Origin: Octopus sinensis
Lineage: Eukaryota
NCBI RefSeq assembly: GCF_006345805.1
Contig: NC_042998.1
Coordinates: 201,996,001-202,060,000 of the forward strand
DNA: 64,000 nucleotides
Direction of reading: 5' to 3'
A program made the translations under genes and the position numbers. Positions 1 through 14,916 of the stretch are shown here, piece after piece (position 1 is the stretch's first letter; every line of letters begins with the position of its first letter). The notes under the pieces were generated by a model, which saw nothing but the letters and a program-made list of their open reading frames with translations, did no database searches and was not told the DNA's origin.

Positions 1-908
1 CAAGCAATCCAGGTACTATAACCCCTAATACTAGTAACTCTAAGAGATATGAGAGTTGTGACTCCCCTCTACACATTCATACAATAGGGATTGATCCCAA
101 GCCTTATCACTGCAAGAAAAAAAAAAACCTGTTATCGTTGGGTCTCCCAACTATGTCCGATTGATGAACTTTGCTTTAAGCTATAAATCGTATATATATA
201 TATGCCAAGTAGTAGCCCCATGTTCTCATCATATAAGGGTCAACACTGCCGGCACTGTTGATTTCACGTGACGTCACCGACTTCACCTATATAAATTCTC
301 AAATGAAGCCTCTAAATTCTATTTCAAGCTACATACATACACCACCGCAAGTACTAGAATATTCCCTTTACCTTATCTTAGTCCGTAGATTTTGGGGCTT
401 CCCCGTACGACACTAACAACCGTGTTTGTAAGTTACGTTGCATGGAATTGCTCACTATTCATTGCCATCATGATACCTAGTTACTCGATAGGTTCTCTGA
501 CGTAAGCTTCTCGTGTAAGCACAAATTATACTCTGTATACTACGTAAATTTTTCATGATTTACTCTAATCCTGTTAAGCCCTATTCTATGGTTGCAATAT
601 TTTCTTCCTCCATTCTCCTAGTACCATTTTCAACCCCATCTAAGTATATTTTCATCCACCGCTATCCCTGCCCTGACTCCTCTTTTTCATTAATTATCTC
701 CTCAGTTCACTCTAGTCACACACCATCCTTCACTGTTAGTGAATCCCTCTTAACCCCCAATGATGTTCCCTTTCACCATACTGACCTGAACTCTACTTCC
801 CTCTGCTCTCCTTGCTTCTTCTATTCTGTCTCTGATCATTTCCACTAAGTCATAGAAACACTTTTCTATATACACATATATACATATACATATAAATGTG
901 TGTGTGTT

Positions 909-946
<38 letters not shown>

Positions 947-1089
947 CGTGTGCGTGCGAGCTGCGTGTGTGTGTGTGTGTTTCTGTGTGTGTGTGTGCGT
1001 GCGTGTACAACGAGAGAGTGAAAGAGGGGAAAAATTTATGCATTTGTAGACATAGGCATGTTGTATCCCGTTCTGTCCCGCAAACTTAG

Positions 1090-1207
1090 CGATCGAAAAA
1101 CAGAGATTGCTGCAGTAAAATGGAATTAAGTGTTCAAGCAATATACCTAACACAAGTGACTAAAACTGTACCAAAAGAGAAGAATAAAGCAATATATGTG
1201 CTTACTG
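1090..1207 (+). CDS. Candidate host exon (unverified), product unknown
   Basis: Acceptor ...ctgtcccgcaaacttAG, an open 39-codon frame RSKNRDCCSKMELSVQAIYLTQVTKTVPKEKNKAIYVLT, and donor G|GTGAGC at 1208. No homology recognised. Confidence 0.22.
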
Positions 1208-1327
1208 GTGAGCAGTAGTTTGAGCTGAAAAACGAACGAAAAGCCTCTTGAAAATGTTTCATATTTTTGGCACATTCCCTCCTATTGTGTATATTATTCC
1301 TTATTTATTTTATTTATTTCTTTGCAG

Positions 1328-1481
1328 CGTTTATTCCCCAAATTTCACTGCTGAATCCGAACTTATCAGAATAAAAATACATTTTATACCAAAGAGTTGC
1401 ATAGAGATCAAACCTGTAAATGTTGCGTATGAAGGAGAAGGAATGAGAAATCCATACCATTGCTTCATTACATTTAAATGA
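1328..1481 (+). CDS. Candidate terminal host exon (unverified, frame ambiguous)
   Basis: Strong acceptor ttatttattttatttatttctttgcAG at 1326-1327. The phase-2 frame reads VYSPNFTAESELIRIKIHFIPKSCIEIKPVNVAYEGEGMRNPYHCFITFK*, but the phase-1 frame that joins the 1207 donor stops after 15 codons. Confidence 0.25.
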
Positions 1482-1856
1482 ATATAGATTCGAGAACATT
1501 CCAAATCTCATACGATTTTTAATCCTTCAGTAAATAATTTAATTTCGCCCGGTTGATCTTTTTTAAAAAACGTTTATAATTATTACGTGAATTTCTACGT
1601 TTTAATTCTTGTTAATTATATAGCCGTAAGAAAATATCTTAAAATATAACGTATACTTAATTTTACAGTAAATACTTTACATAATCACCTATTTATGTAA
1701 TCAACAAATTCGTTTCTAAAGATTTAAAATTAGTTAAACTACCCGAAGGTGTTATGAAATTTAAGATGAATTGATTCTTTAAAAACTAATATAAGAATAA
1801 CATGTTATGTAACTTAAATGCATTATATGCAATGTTTTGTAAAATAGTCACCTTCT

Positions 1857-1892
<36 letters not shown>

Positions 1893-2035
1893 TGTATACA
1901 TACATACATACATGCATACATATGCATCTCTGTTTGTGTTTGCGTGTTGGTGCGTGAATGCATGTGTGAGTGTACAAGCGTAAGCGGATTTATGTATTAA
2001 CACACACACACACACATTAGAAGGGAGGACGCTCT

Positions 2036-2760
2036 GAAACTCCCATACTCCCTTCCTTCTGGAGAAATTCTCACGGCGTCCAACAACATCAGAGACTTGG
2101 GAGTAATAGTGGACAACAACATAAGCTGGACTACACATATAAGCAGCAAAGTTGACATGGCCCGCAGAATGTGTTCCTGGATTCTCAGAACCTTCCAGTC
2201 GAGAGATTCCCACACTATTATCCTTCTCCTCTCCACTTTTGCCCGACCCCACCTTGAATACTGCTGTCCACTGTGGTCTCCCTATAGACTAGAGAAGCTG
2301 AAACTGTATTCACTCCAACGACGCCGTGAACGCTACATTATCTGTATGATGTGGAAAATATTCCATCAGCACTGTCCGAATTATGTTGGCATCACCTTCA
2401 AAATACATCCAAGGCTTGGACCACGTGCCATCCGTCCACAACAAAAATCTAAATCGCATCACATAACGACAATACAGCACAACTATTTCACATCAATTGG
2501 ACCCGCTCTCTTCAACATTACACCAGGACACGTCAAAAAAGAAACTGACCACACAAAATTCAAGAAGTCTTTGGACAAATTCCTTCAAACAGTCCCGGAC
2601 AAACCACCCACACCCGGATATGTCTCCGCAAACAATAACTCTCTGCTCAAATGGGCCTTGGTGCCCAAATCCTGAATTGAAACACTTCGCCAGGTGGTGC
2701 TATTAAGTTAGACATGGCCTGGGCCAATACTGGCCAAAACCTTTCTAAGTTATTCTAAGT

Positions 2761-2762
<2 letters not shown>
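2036..2762 (+). mobile_element. CR1/L2-group LINE, subfamily alpha, 5'-truncated RT C-terminus plus 3' tail
   Basis: Reads RDLGVIVDNNISW...WILRTF...HLEYCCPLWSP...LYSLQRRRERY...FKKSLDKFLQTVPDKP. The tail is CAGGTGGTGCTATTAAGTTAGACATGGCC...(TCTAAGTTA)2 followed by (TA)n. Confidence 0.9.
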
Positions 2763-2810
<48 letters not shown>

Positions 2811-3288
2811 TATATAATATTATTCCTAACTTACAGAGAAAAATTCAATTCATCACTCATTTAAAATCCAGATAGATAATTTAATCGTTGAACTTCGTAA
2901 CAGATTTTGTTTATCAATATTATTTGGATCTTGTATTATTTTGAGGTTGATCGTTGTTATCATTATTATTGTTGTTATTGACTGGATTTGTAGAGGACTG
3001 TTGTGGTTGAATATCTTCATAATGTATTGTTCATTTGTTCCAATATTTTTGCACCTTTCTTTAATTTATGGGGCTTAAATATTCCTTACTTTCCATTAGT
3101 AAATAATGTTCGCCATTATATCATTTTTATATATATTGATTGTTATCAGTTACGATAGATATAAATTATTATATGTATTTATTTAGATTTTTTTATATAA
3201 AAGGACCTAACGTATTACATTTAATTTAATTTTAGAATTAATTTTGTTAGAATTGTTTTTAATTTTCGCTTAATGTATATCTAGTATC

Positions 3289-3346
<58 letters not shown>

Positions 3347-3522
3347 ATATATATATATAATAGTGGTGTCCTGTACTCACGTATATTTATTTATATATAC
3401 ATGTATGTATACATGTAGATGTAGGTACGTACATATATGTTTGTATGTATGCATATATTTTAATTATATATATATATTAAAGTATATTATTAATTAATTA
3501 TTTTGTTATTCTAGCTTATTTT

Positions 3523-3628
3523 TAACCTGATAATTGGATATATATATATCGAAGTGATTCTACTACTACTATCAATTAAATTTTACTATAGTCATTTCTC
3601 AAATATAGCCACGAAACACGTGTCGTTA
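3523..3628 (+). ncRNA. Degenerate type I hammerhead ribozyme motif in a PLE-type terminus
   Basis: TAAC-CTGATAA-[TTGGATATA...TATAGCCAC]-GAA-ACACGTGT-C-GTTA gives a 4-bp stem I, a palindromic stem III and a GUC site. The core has G8->A. Confidence 0.55.
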
Positions 3629-4215
3629 TTCTACCAAATATATACGATTTTTTCTTGCAATTTACTTAATCTTCGGTATATTATTGTTATATTAATTTTA
3701 ATATTTCTATTATATGTAATTTTCTAGATGGTGTAATTTAATTGTTCGTTTTGAATTTATAAATAGTGGTTTTATTCTAATTTATATATATATATATATA
3801 TATATATAAATCGAGGTTGAGAGAAGGAGAATGCAACACATATAATTCTTTGCACAACACTGTTATATCTCTATCAATATTTCGGGGAATTATTATTTCT
3901 TTGCTACCTAGTGTTAAGTTCGTGGTACTTGTTGATGTTTACTCTCTGTCCTATGAACAAAGATTCTCCGTTCATGACTCGTCGGATTTTCTTTATTTAT
4001 GTGGCCTTTAGTAAGACGGGAGACTGGTATTTAAAGTAGATATGGTTGCTATTTCTAGCAGAGCAAACGATCACATACCAGTACCTACACATCAATGTGA
4101 CCGATTTATCTATATTTCTACTTCATGTTGTAGTCCTTACGGAAGGATCTGAAGTATTTTAAATGTACATACATACATATGTACACACATACATACACAC
4201 ATACATACATACATA

Positions 4216-5670
4216 ATCAGTCCCCCAAACCCAAAACTTATGAATGGTTTCATTATCTCTCCTGCCCCACACAAAGAATGCTACAAATACTTAGGCATTG
4301 CTGAAAACATATCATACGAAAAAATTTAGAGTGACTCCAGTATATTATGACAGATTTTGAAACATATTGCAGTCGGAACTCACCACTTACCCATATTGGA
4401 TATGCACTACCGGTGTTTATTCTAACATTTAGGATTCTTGGCAGGTCCAGTGAAAAATCCCAGATGATTGTTCCAGTCAAAAATCCACTTCATAGACGTT
4501 AAAAGCCGCAAGATAATGACATCAACTTGAGATCTTTATAAAAATAGTGATATCTACAGGGTCTCCCTAAAAAGAGATAAAAGGAGGTAGAGGCTTGAGA
4601 TCAGTGCAGACAGTCTTCGGTAAACAGCAGCAGTAAACATAAATACATTAACTTAGTGCTGAAAAGTACGGAGAACAAAATGCTACGTGTTTGTAGGGAG
4701 CCCGTCAGGAAGCACCCTAACCTTGATTATCTTCAATAGAACCCCAAAACAGCCGGATTAACAAACCTCAACGATGACCCTGATGTGAAACGCTCAGCAT
4801 GCCAAAAGAAGGCCATGCTTGTTTATATTACCCGACGAGAGTATTATCCCTCATGGACAAGTGACTGTTACATCACATCACACTTCGAATACTGGACATT
4901 TGCAATCCAAGTGCAGGAGATTACTACAAAATACCCACTAAACAAAGGAGACAATGAAGCCCTTGAAGTTCCGTGATGCAACTAGAGGTGCAAATTAGAT
5001 CATATATCTGTGGGAGACATCAGACATGTGATTAGCAGCTACCCAAAAATATTGTCATGGTACTACCTCCCAATGCCACACGATGTTGTCACAAAAACAA
5101 TATACAATGCCATTCGGAGAAAGAAAAAAACGACTGTGCTAGAGTAAATACGAAGTATACCCATGTTAATGAATACGTACGCGAACATAAATAGAAGGTA
5201 TACTGGTAGGACATCCCTATGAAGACATGTGGCAAGTCTAAGCATGATAGACCGGATATTTATGTTTGACACAGTTAAGTGAGATATGCTCTGTCATAGA
5301 GGTCAGCTGTCTTGCTGACATGAATATCTCTTTGATAATCAAAGAGAAAGATAATAACTATGGACAACTGTACCGAAACCTTCAGACACTATATCCAGAT
5401 TTTAACTTCAAAATTTATACAAGTAATATTTGATGCTCTTGGTTTGTAACTAAATGCCTATGTGACGTGAATAAGTTAGGGTTTTCAGACAAAGAACTAG
5501 ACCTATTAACTCGCAAATTACAAATACAATCTGTAAGTGGAACAGTTAAAATATACATGGCTTTTCTCCAGTTTAAATTGTAGCATTAGTTTTGTTATCT
5601 ACATTCCGACGATGGAGCTTTGTATCTTTGTTAGAGACGGGCTTCTTTGTCAGGAATTTTAATAAATTAC
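4216..5670 (+). mobile_element. R4/Dong-type (RLE endonuclease) non-LTR retrotransposon, decayed 3' portion
   Basis: Motifs in order, with stops and frameshifts: KECYKYLGI (late RT), KGGRGL, a decayed zinc knuckle with HVISS..YYLP..HDVVTKTIY, KHDRPDI..IEVSC (PD-D/ExK restriction-like endonuclease), and KLQIQSVSGTVKI..FLQF*. AATAAA lies near 5660. Confidence 0.8.
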
Positions 5671-6159
5671 AACACAGAAGAGAATATGCACACATACATG
5701 CATACATACATATATACATACGTACATATATACATACATGTATACATACATACACATATGTGTGTGCATGTGTGTGTGTGTATCTGTCTGTCTGTCTGTC
5801 TGTATGTCTGTCTGCGATGTATTTGTACGTTGGTATTGTTACTAAGGCGACCAGCAGCAGAATCGTTATCGCGCCGAACAAAATTGTTAACAGTATTTTT
5901 TCTTGCACTTTACGTTCTGATTTCGAAAGTAGCCGAGTCCGACCTTAATCCGTAACGAGAAGATTTGTACTTTTTGAACCTTACTGCTAGAGTGATCAAG
6001 ATATAGAGCAAAACGGAATTTGTCAATATTTCTCAATCCATTTTATTTTACCAAATCAAAGTATAACGTGGAGAATTTTGAGAAGACATATAAGGAAGGA
6101 TGCCAAATTCTTTGAAAAGCAGCGCAGTTTTCTCAAATATGTAGAACATAAAATGGCAG

Positions 6160-6167
6160 CTGCAGCA

Positions 6168-6198
<31 letters not shown>
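6160..6198. repeat. (CAG)n microsatellite
   Basis: Direct reading. No supported coding context. Confidence 0.9.
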
Positions 6199-6485
6199 AG
6201 TTGCTGCAAACAGTGGCTTTGACAGCAACAAGTACCAAATTGGCAGCAAAAATGTAAAATGGACAGTAACAGTGACACGACTAATATTATCACCACTACT
6301 ACTATAAATAGCAGCGCTGGCATCGGCAACAAACAAGAGTGATGATGAAGAAGTAACGCACTAAAACAAAGCAACAGCATGATCAACTGAGAACCAGTGA
6401 GCTTATAATAGTTTGAACACATCTATTATTCCTTCTGTCACGACTACCACCTTCAAAAATGCACACCCGACAAAAGGACACACAC

Positions 6486-6515
<30 letters not shown>

Positions 6516-6517
<2 letters not shown>

Positions 6518-6922
6518 CTCTTTTACTCTTTTACTTGTTTCAGTCATTTGACTGCGGCCATGCTGGAGCACCGCCTTTAATCGAGCAACTCGACCCCGGG
6601 ACTTATTCTTTTGTAAGCCCAGTACTTATTTTATCGGTCTCTTTTTGCCAAACCGCTGAGTGACGGGGACATAAACACACAAGCATCGGTTGTCAAGCAA
6701 TGCTAGGGGGACAAACACAGACACACAAACACACATACGCATATATATATACGTATATACGACGGGCTTCTTTCAGTTTCCGTCTACCAAATCCACTCAC
6801 AAGGCATTGGTCAGCCCGAGGCTATAGTAGAAGACACTTGCCCAAGGTGCCACGCAGTGGGACTGAACTCGGAACTATGTGGTTGGTAAGCAAGCTACTT
6901 ACCACACAGCCACTCCTGCGCC
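6516..6922 (-). mobile_element. tRNA-headed SINE family A (CORE-like centre), full length
   Basis: The minus strand has A box TGGCTGTGTGG, a B-box-like AGTTCAGTCCC, CORE-like ACCTTGGGCAAGTG, an internal CA/TA tract, and tail GGCGGTGCTCCAGCATGGCCGCAGTCAAATGACTGAAACAAG(TAAAAGAG)n. There are six copies in the window. Confidence 0.9.
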
Positions 6923-6937
6923 TATATATATATATAT

Positions 6938-6973
<36 letters not shown>

Positions 6974-6975
<2 letters not shown>

Positions 6976-8295
6976 CTAGTTTCAGCTTATGAGCTGTGGC
7001 CATGCTGGGGCACCGCCATTTGGTGTTGCTACTTGGTTTTACTTCACGAAAGCTTTTTAGCAACTGCCATTTGGTGCATGAGAGAGTTCGATGCAGCTGC
7101 CCTCATCTGCACCTCCTGCCGTGAAGTCGGGTCATCTGGGAACCTGACAGGAAGAGATCCAGTTTCATTTTAAAGACATCTGCATCCACCCCATGCAGGT
7201 CTCTCAGGTTCTTCGGGAGGATATGAAGAGCTGTGGGCCTCGGAAGCCCAGGCTATCACAGAATCTTGTCCTACATCTTGATGGCAAATTGGAGTCCTAG
7301 GCACCACGCAGTGGCGCCCAGTTCTGGCATTTGCGAACTCTCGATGCCAAAGTTTAGGACACGTCCCTCCAGGATCTTCCAGATGTATATTATGGCATAT
7401 CTTTCCCGCCTACGCTCCAAGGAATATAGTTTAATCTCTTGAGTCTTTCCCAGTAGCTTACATTCTGCATAGAGGCTATCTTCTCGTGTTGTAGACACGT
7501 TGGATCGCCTCGAGCTCTGTGATCAACTTGACACTGGATGGTGACCATAACTGAGAGCAGTAGTCAAAGTGGCTTAGGACAAGTGTCCTCCAGAGGACCA
7601 TTATGGTTTCTTGTTCTCTTGTTCTAAACGTTCTGAGGATCCATCCGGCCAGTCGTCTACATTTCATTGCCAATTTAGCAACATGTACACGAAAGGTTGC
7701 GTCATCACTCATGTAAATACCTAGGTCACGCACTGATTGTGCCTCTGGGATTGCTATTCCTCCGGGTCCAGTGTATTCATTGGGTATTGCATTTAGTTTT
7801 GCATGCTGATAGTATAAAGCTTGAAACTTTTCAGCATTGAACTGCATGCTATTCTTTTCAGCCCACTTGTATATTTTGTCCAGCTCACATTGCCGGCGTT
7901 TAGTGTCCTCGGGGTTCTGTATTGCCTGTGAAACTTTTGTATAATCTGCATAACTTGTGATCGTGGATCTCTGCGTGGCTGAGGGCATGTCTGAGAGGGC
8001 CATTATGAACAGTAGTGGTCCCAGAACAGTGCCCTGCGGAACACCGCTCACTATTTGCGTGTTAATGGAAGTGGCCCCATTGGCTACTACCACCTGACTT
8101 CTATCTTTCAGAAAGTCATGAAGCCATTCTCCCAGTTTTCCAACTATGTTGAGATCACGCAGTTTGTGACATATCATTCCATGATCGACTTTATCAAAGG
8201 CCTTTGCAAAGTCGATATATATCACTTCCACATTTGAGTGGTTGAGCAGCCGTTTCAGCACCCAGTCATAGTGTTGTAGGAGCTGAGTTAAACAG

Positions 8296-8297
<2 letters not shown>
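6974..8297 (-). mobile_element. CR1/L2-group LINE, subfamily beta, 5'-truncated RT plus 3' tail
   Basis: RT motifs YIDFAKAFDKVDH, SGVPQGTVLGPLLF, SYADYTKV, RDLG and DYCSQLWSP. The tail GGCGGTGCCCCAGCATGGCCACAGCTCATAAGCTGAAACTAGAA is followed by (TCAA)n. Confidence 0.93.
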
Positions 8298-8340
<43 letters not shown>

Positions 8341-8343
<3 letters not shown>

Positions 8344-8580
8344 ACTCCAAACATCAGGCCCTTATATCACTTTATCGTTGATAAAATGATATAAGGGCTT
8401 GATGTTTGGGGTTACATTTTAAGAAGGGTACCAGGAAAACACGGAGTGATTTAGGAACCCGAGGATAAACCTCATGAAACACGTGTTGCCAAGTAATAAA
8501 ATAGTAGGTATTTAAAATAAAAAAAGAATTCTTTTTATATGGTGAGGTGTAGGGACCTACTATCTCTAAATTAAAATATA
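8341..8580 (+). mobile_element. PLE-type terminal fragment with a 75-bp fold-back 5' end and a degenerate HHR
   Basis: Near-perfect palindrome at 8341-8415. HHR remnant GGC-TTGATGT...GAA-ACACGTGT-T-GCC at 8396-8490. Homologous to 16300-16490. Confidence 0.65.
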
Positions 8581-8650
8581 TTTCTTCATTGGGAATAATT
8601 TAAACCTCTGTTATGCCGGAATTTTTATTCCCTTAAAAATAATATTTAAG

Positions 8651-8749
<99 letters not shown>

Positions 8750-9877
8750 CACATACAAACACATAGACAGAGAGATACACAGAGAGACAAACAGACAGGA
8801 AGGCAGTTAAGACGATAGGTAGACACAGTCACACACAGCTATATCAGTCACCAACAAGCTAAACAAAGAGATATTTTGTCACGCAGTCAGCAAAGTTAAA
8901 CACCACACCCTAGCAAACGCCATACATGAGCATGCGGTTGAAAAATAAAGATTTTAGAAGAAACTTAAGGAGTGCACTGTCGCATCAGATAATTTAGTGT
9001 CACCACCGTGAGAGGTTCAATGAAAGCAGAGATCCCCAGTTGTCGACAGATGTATTAAGAACATGAACAGAAAGATAAACTATCCTACGCTAACACAAGC
9101 GAAAACGTGCATAAAAATAGAATCCGCTATTAATATGTAATTCTAATGATTATCTCCTACCACAATACTTGGAGAAATAGGCATTAAATTTCACAGTGTA
9201 AGATATTTTATCCTAGCACATAGTAATCCTGCGTGGGAAATACAGGGAATTAATACACTCAAAATATCCAAAATTATAATAAGGTTCAACTTTAGCTTGA
9301 GCTGTTTCTGTAGCTTAGAACTACTTATAACAACGGCAACAGCAGTAGCAAGAGAAAGAAGAGTCAAATCTAAAACCACAACAAAATCAGCGAAAGACGT
9401 TAATTTCGAAAGAAGACGCGAAGCAGGATTCGCTCACTGCTACTCCCACTGCCCACTGAAAGATGCAACACTAATAAAAATTACTTATACGCACATACGC
9501 ATATGTTCATCAACATCTATCTCCGCCTTCCCACATCTCGTCAAATGGCAGAGAGCTGAAGGCAGGAGGATGTGAATTCGTCGTTGCACCGACAGAAGGG
9601 ACAAAGAATGGAGTAATCACTATAAACTACAGTTTAGTCATCCCCATGCACACTCGACAAAAGGACATAGAGAGACAGACAGAGACAGCGAGACAGACAG
9701 GTACACAGGTAGATAGACAAACATAGAAACAGACAGACACATAGACAGAGAGGCACATAGACAGACAAACGAACAGGAAGGCAGTTAAGAGGTGGACACA
9801 GTGACACACAAAAACAGGCAGACATTCAAATAGACACATTACAGACAGGTAGACAGACAGACAGAGAAACGGTTAGG

Positions 9878-9933
<56 letters not shown>

Positions 9934-9934
9934 G

Positions 9935-9967
<33 letters not shown>

Positions 9968-9969
9968 TT

Positions 9970-10008
<39 letters not shown>

Positions 10009-10074
10009 GGATAGATAGATAGATAGATGGATAGATAGATAGATAGACATATAGATGGATAGATAGACATATAT
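9878..10074. repeat. (GATA)n array A
   Basis: Direct reading. It abuts the 3' end of Tx1 copy 1. Confidence 0.95.
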
Positions 10075-11497
10075 GTTTCTTTATTAGCCACACAGGGCTG
10101 CACACAGATAGAACAAATTACAAGGTAGAGCTTTTCTTTTGAAGGTTTAAAAAAAAAAATTAAAAAAAAAAAAAAAAGGAAGGGGGAGTTTCGATCAAAA
10201 GGGATCGTAAAAGGAGAGAAAGAGGACAAAAAAGGGGGGTTAAAAAAAAAAAAAAGGGGGGAGAGGAAAAAAAAATGATCAATAGGGATCGTTATCACAG
10301 AAATGTCAATATGAAGTGTAAAGGGGAGGACAGGTGAGGTTACCCGTGGAAAGAAAAGCCTACGGAAAAGACCACGGTAACCTCGGTCAATGAAGTCACA
10401 TTTTATATTTCTTTTTTTTTTTTTTTTTTTTTTTTTTGCAAATAAGCAACTCTCTGTTTTCGATTTCTGGGTTCATAGGACTATGCTCAAGGTGGCTACG
10501 TCATTCATACGTGCCATTCTTGCTACATTCACCCATCTTTTTTTTAAAACATTCGCTAGACAAAACTTGCCTCTCTACTCTCACTTTCCTTTTCAAGTGG
10601 TACTTGAAGAAGTTGATGAGAGATTGACCAGAGAGGAAAGTGTTTGTCTCCAATCCTTTCAGACCGTCCACCAGATACATTCTTTCGCCATAGCCACAAG
10701 GATGATGAAAATAGCTCTTCCTTCCCGTTTGAAGGAAGGAGGTGTGACAATATTGACGATAGACTCAGCTGATAAACCGACTCGTCCCACACGTGACAGC
10801 AGTTGTTCGACATAAGCCCACAGGTCGGAAATTGTTGGACACTGAACGAGTGCGTGCAGAACGGTTTCGTCGCTCTGACCGCATCTCGGGCAGGTCGGCC
10901 CCGTGTGTTTCTCGAGCCGTGTCTGTAGAGCTTATCCCGAACGGGTAGCGCTTCTCGGTAGCATTGCCAGGCCAGGGATCTCTGGAAGTTGTCCATGGGC
11001 CCTGGCCCGAAAGTCGTCCCGAACAGGCGGGTCAGGTACTCCTCGTCGACGTCCAGGTTCGCCCCGAGCTCGTCCTCGTACCTCCCCTCCACTAAACCCT
11101 ATAGAATGCTTTGGTTGTGTTGAAGTCACTTAAGGTCGACCCAGGACGGCAGAGTTGCTTGAGAGCAACGCGACACTCGCGGTGCCATTCGCCCTTCCTC
11201 GGCCTCTTTTTGATCCACGACTGCAGTTCGGTCATGGAGACGAGCTGCGGGAAAGCGTGCCTCACAAACGGCGACCACACCTGTTCACCGTCGTCTACAT
11301 AGAGCCAGAGATGTCGCAGTCTCAGCGCGTGTCTGCGCATCATCAACCACGCATGCCCAGCCCTCCTTTTACGGGTGTTGACAGCAAATGGTTCGCATGA
11401 CCATCGGGACGCATCCTTTCCACAAGAAGCGAAAGAGGATGCGTTGTAGTTTGGTGATGGTAGGGTCGGGACAAGGTACGACGGTCAGGCGGTAGTA
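10075..11497 (-). mobile_element. Tx1/L1-clade LINE copy 1 (5'-truncated)
   Basis: ORF2 C-terminal part (GLGM, FQRSLAWQCYREALPVRDKL, CCHC knuckle region) with indels. The ~400-nt 3' UTR ends AATAAAGAAAC. Highly similar to copies 2 and 3. Confidence 0.92.
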
Positions 11498-11542
11498 GAT
11501 ACATATAGATAGATAGACATATAGATGGATAGATAGATAGAT

Positions 11543-11587
<45 letters not shown>

Positions 11588-11600
11588 GTTGATAGATAGG

Positions 11601-11644
<44 letters not shown>

Positions 11645-11700
11645 CAGATAGATGGATAGATAGATAGATAGATGGATAGATAGATAGGTTGATAGATAGG

Positions 11701-11733
<33 letters not shown>

Positions 11734-11743
11734 GGATAGATAA

Positions 11744-11783
<40 letters not shown>

Positions 11784-11821
11784 ATAGATGGATAGATAGA
11801 CATATAGATGGATAGATAGAG

Positions 11822-11898
<77 letters not shown>

Positions 11899-11937
11899 TT
11901 GATAGATTGACAGACAGACAGATAGATAGATAGATAT
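11498..11937. repeat. (GATA)n array B between Tx1 copies 1 and 2
   Basis: Direct reading, with variant units GACATA, GATG, GAGA and GATATT. Confidence 0.95.

Positions 11938-14916
<2,979 letters not shown>

Noticed and set aside
490-530. CTGACGT-AAGCTT..AAGCA-CAAA as an HHR, with a possible PLE end at 1-560
   Set aside because: There are multiple core mismatches and no stem I or III, and no convincing PLE translation.
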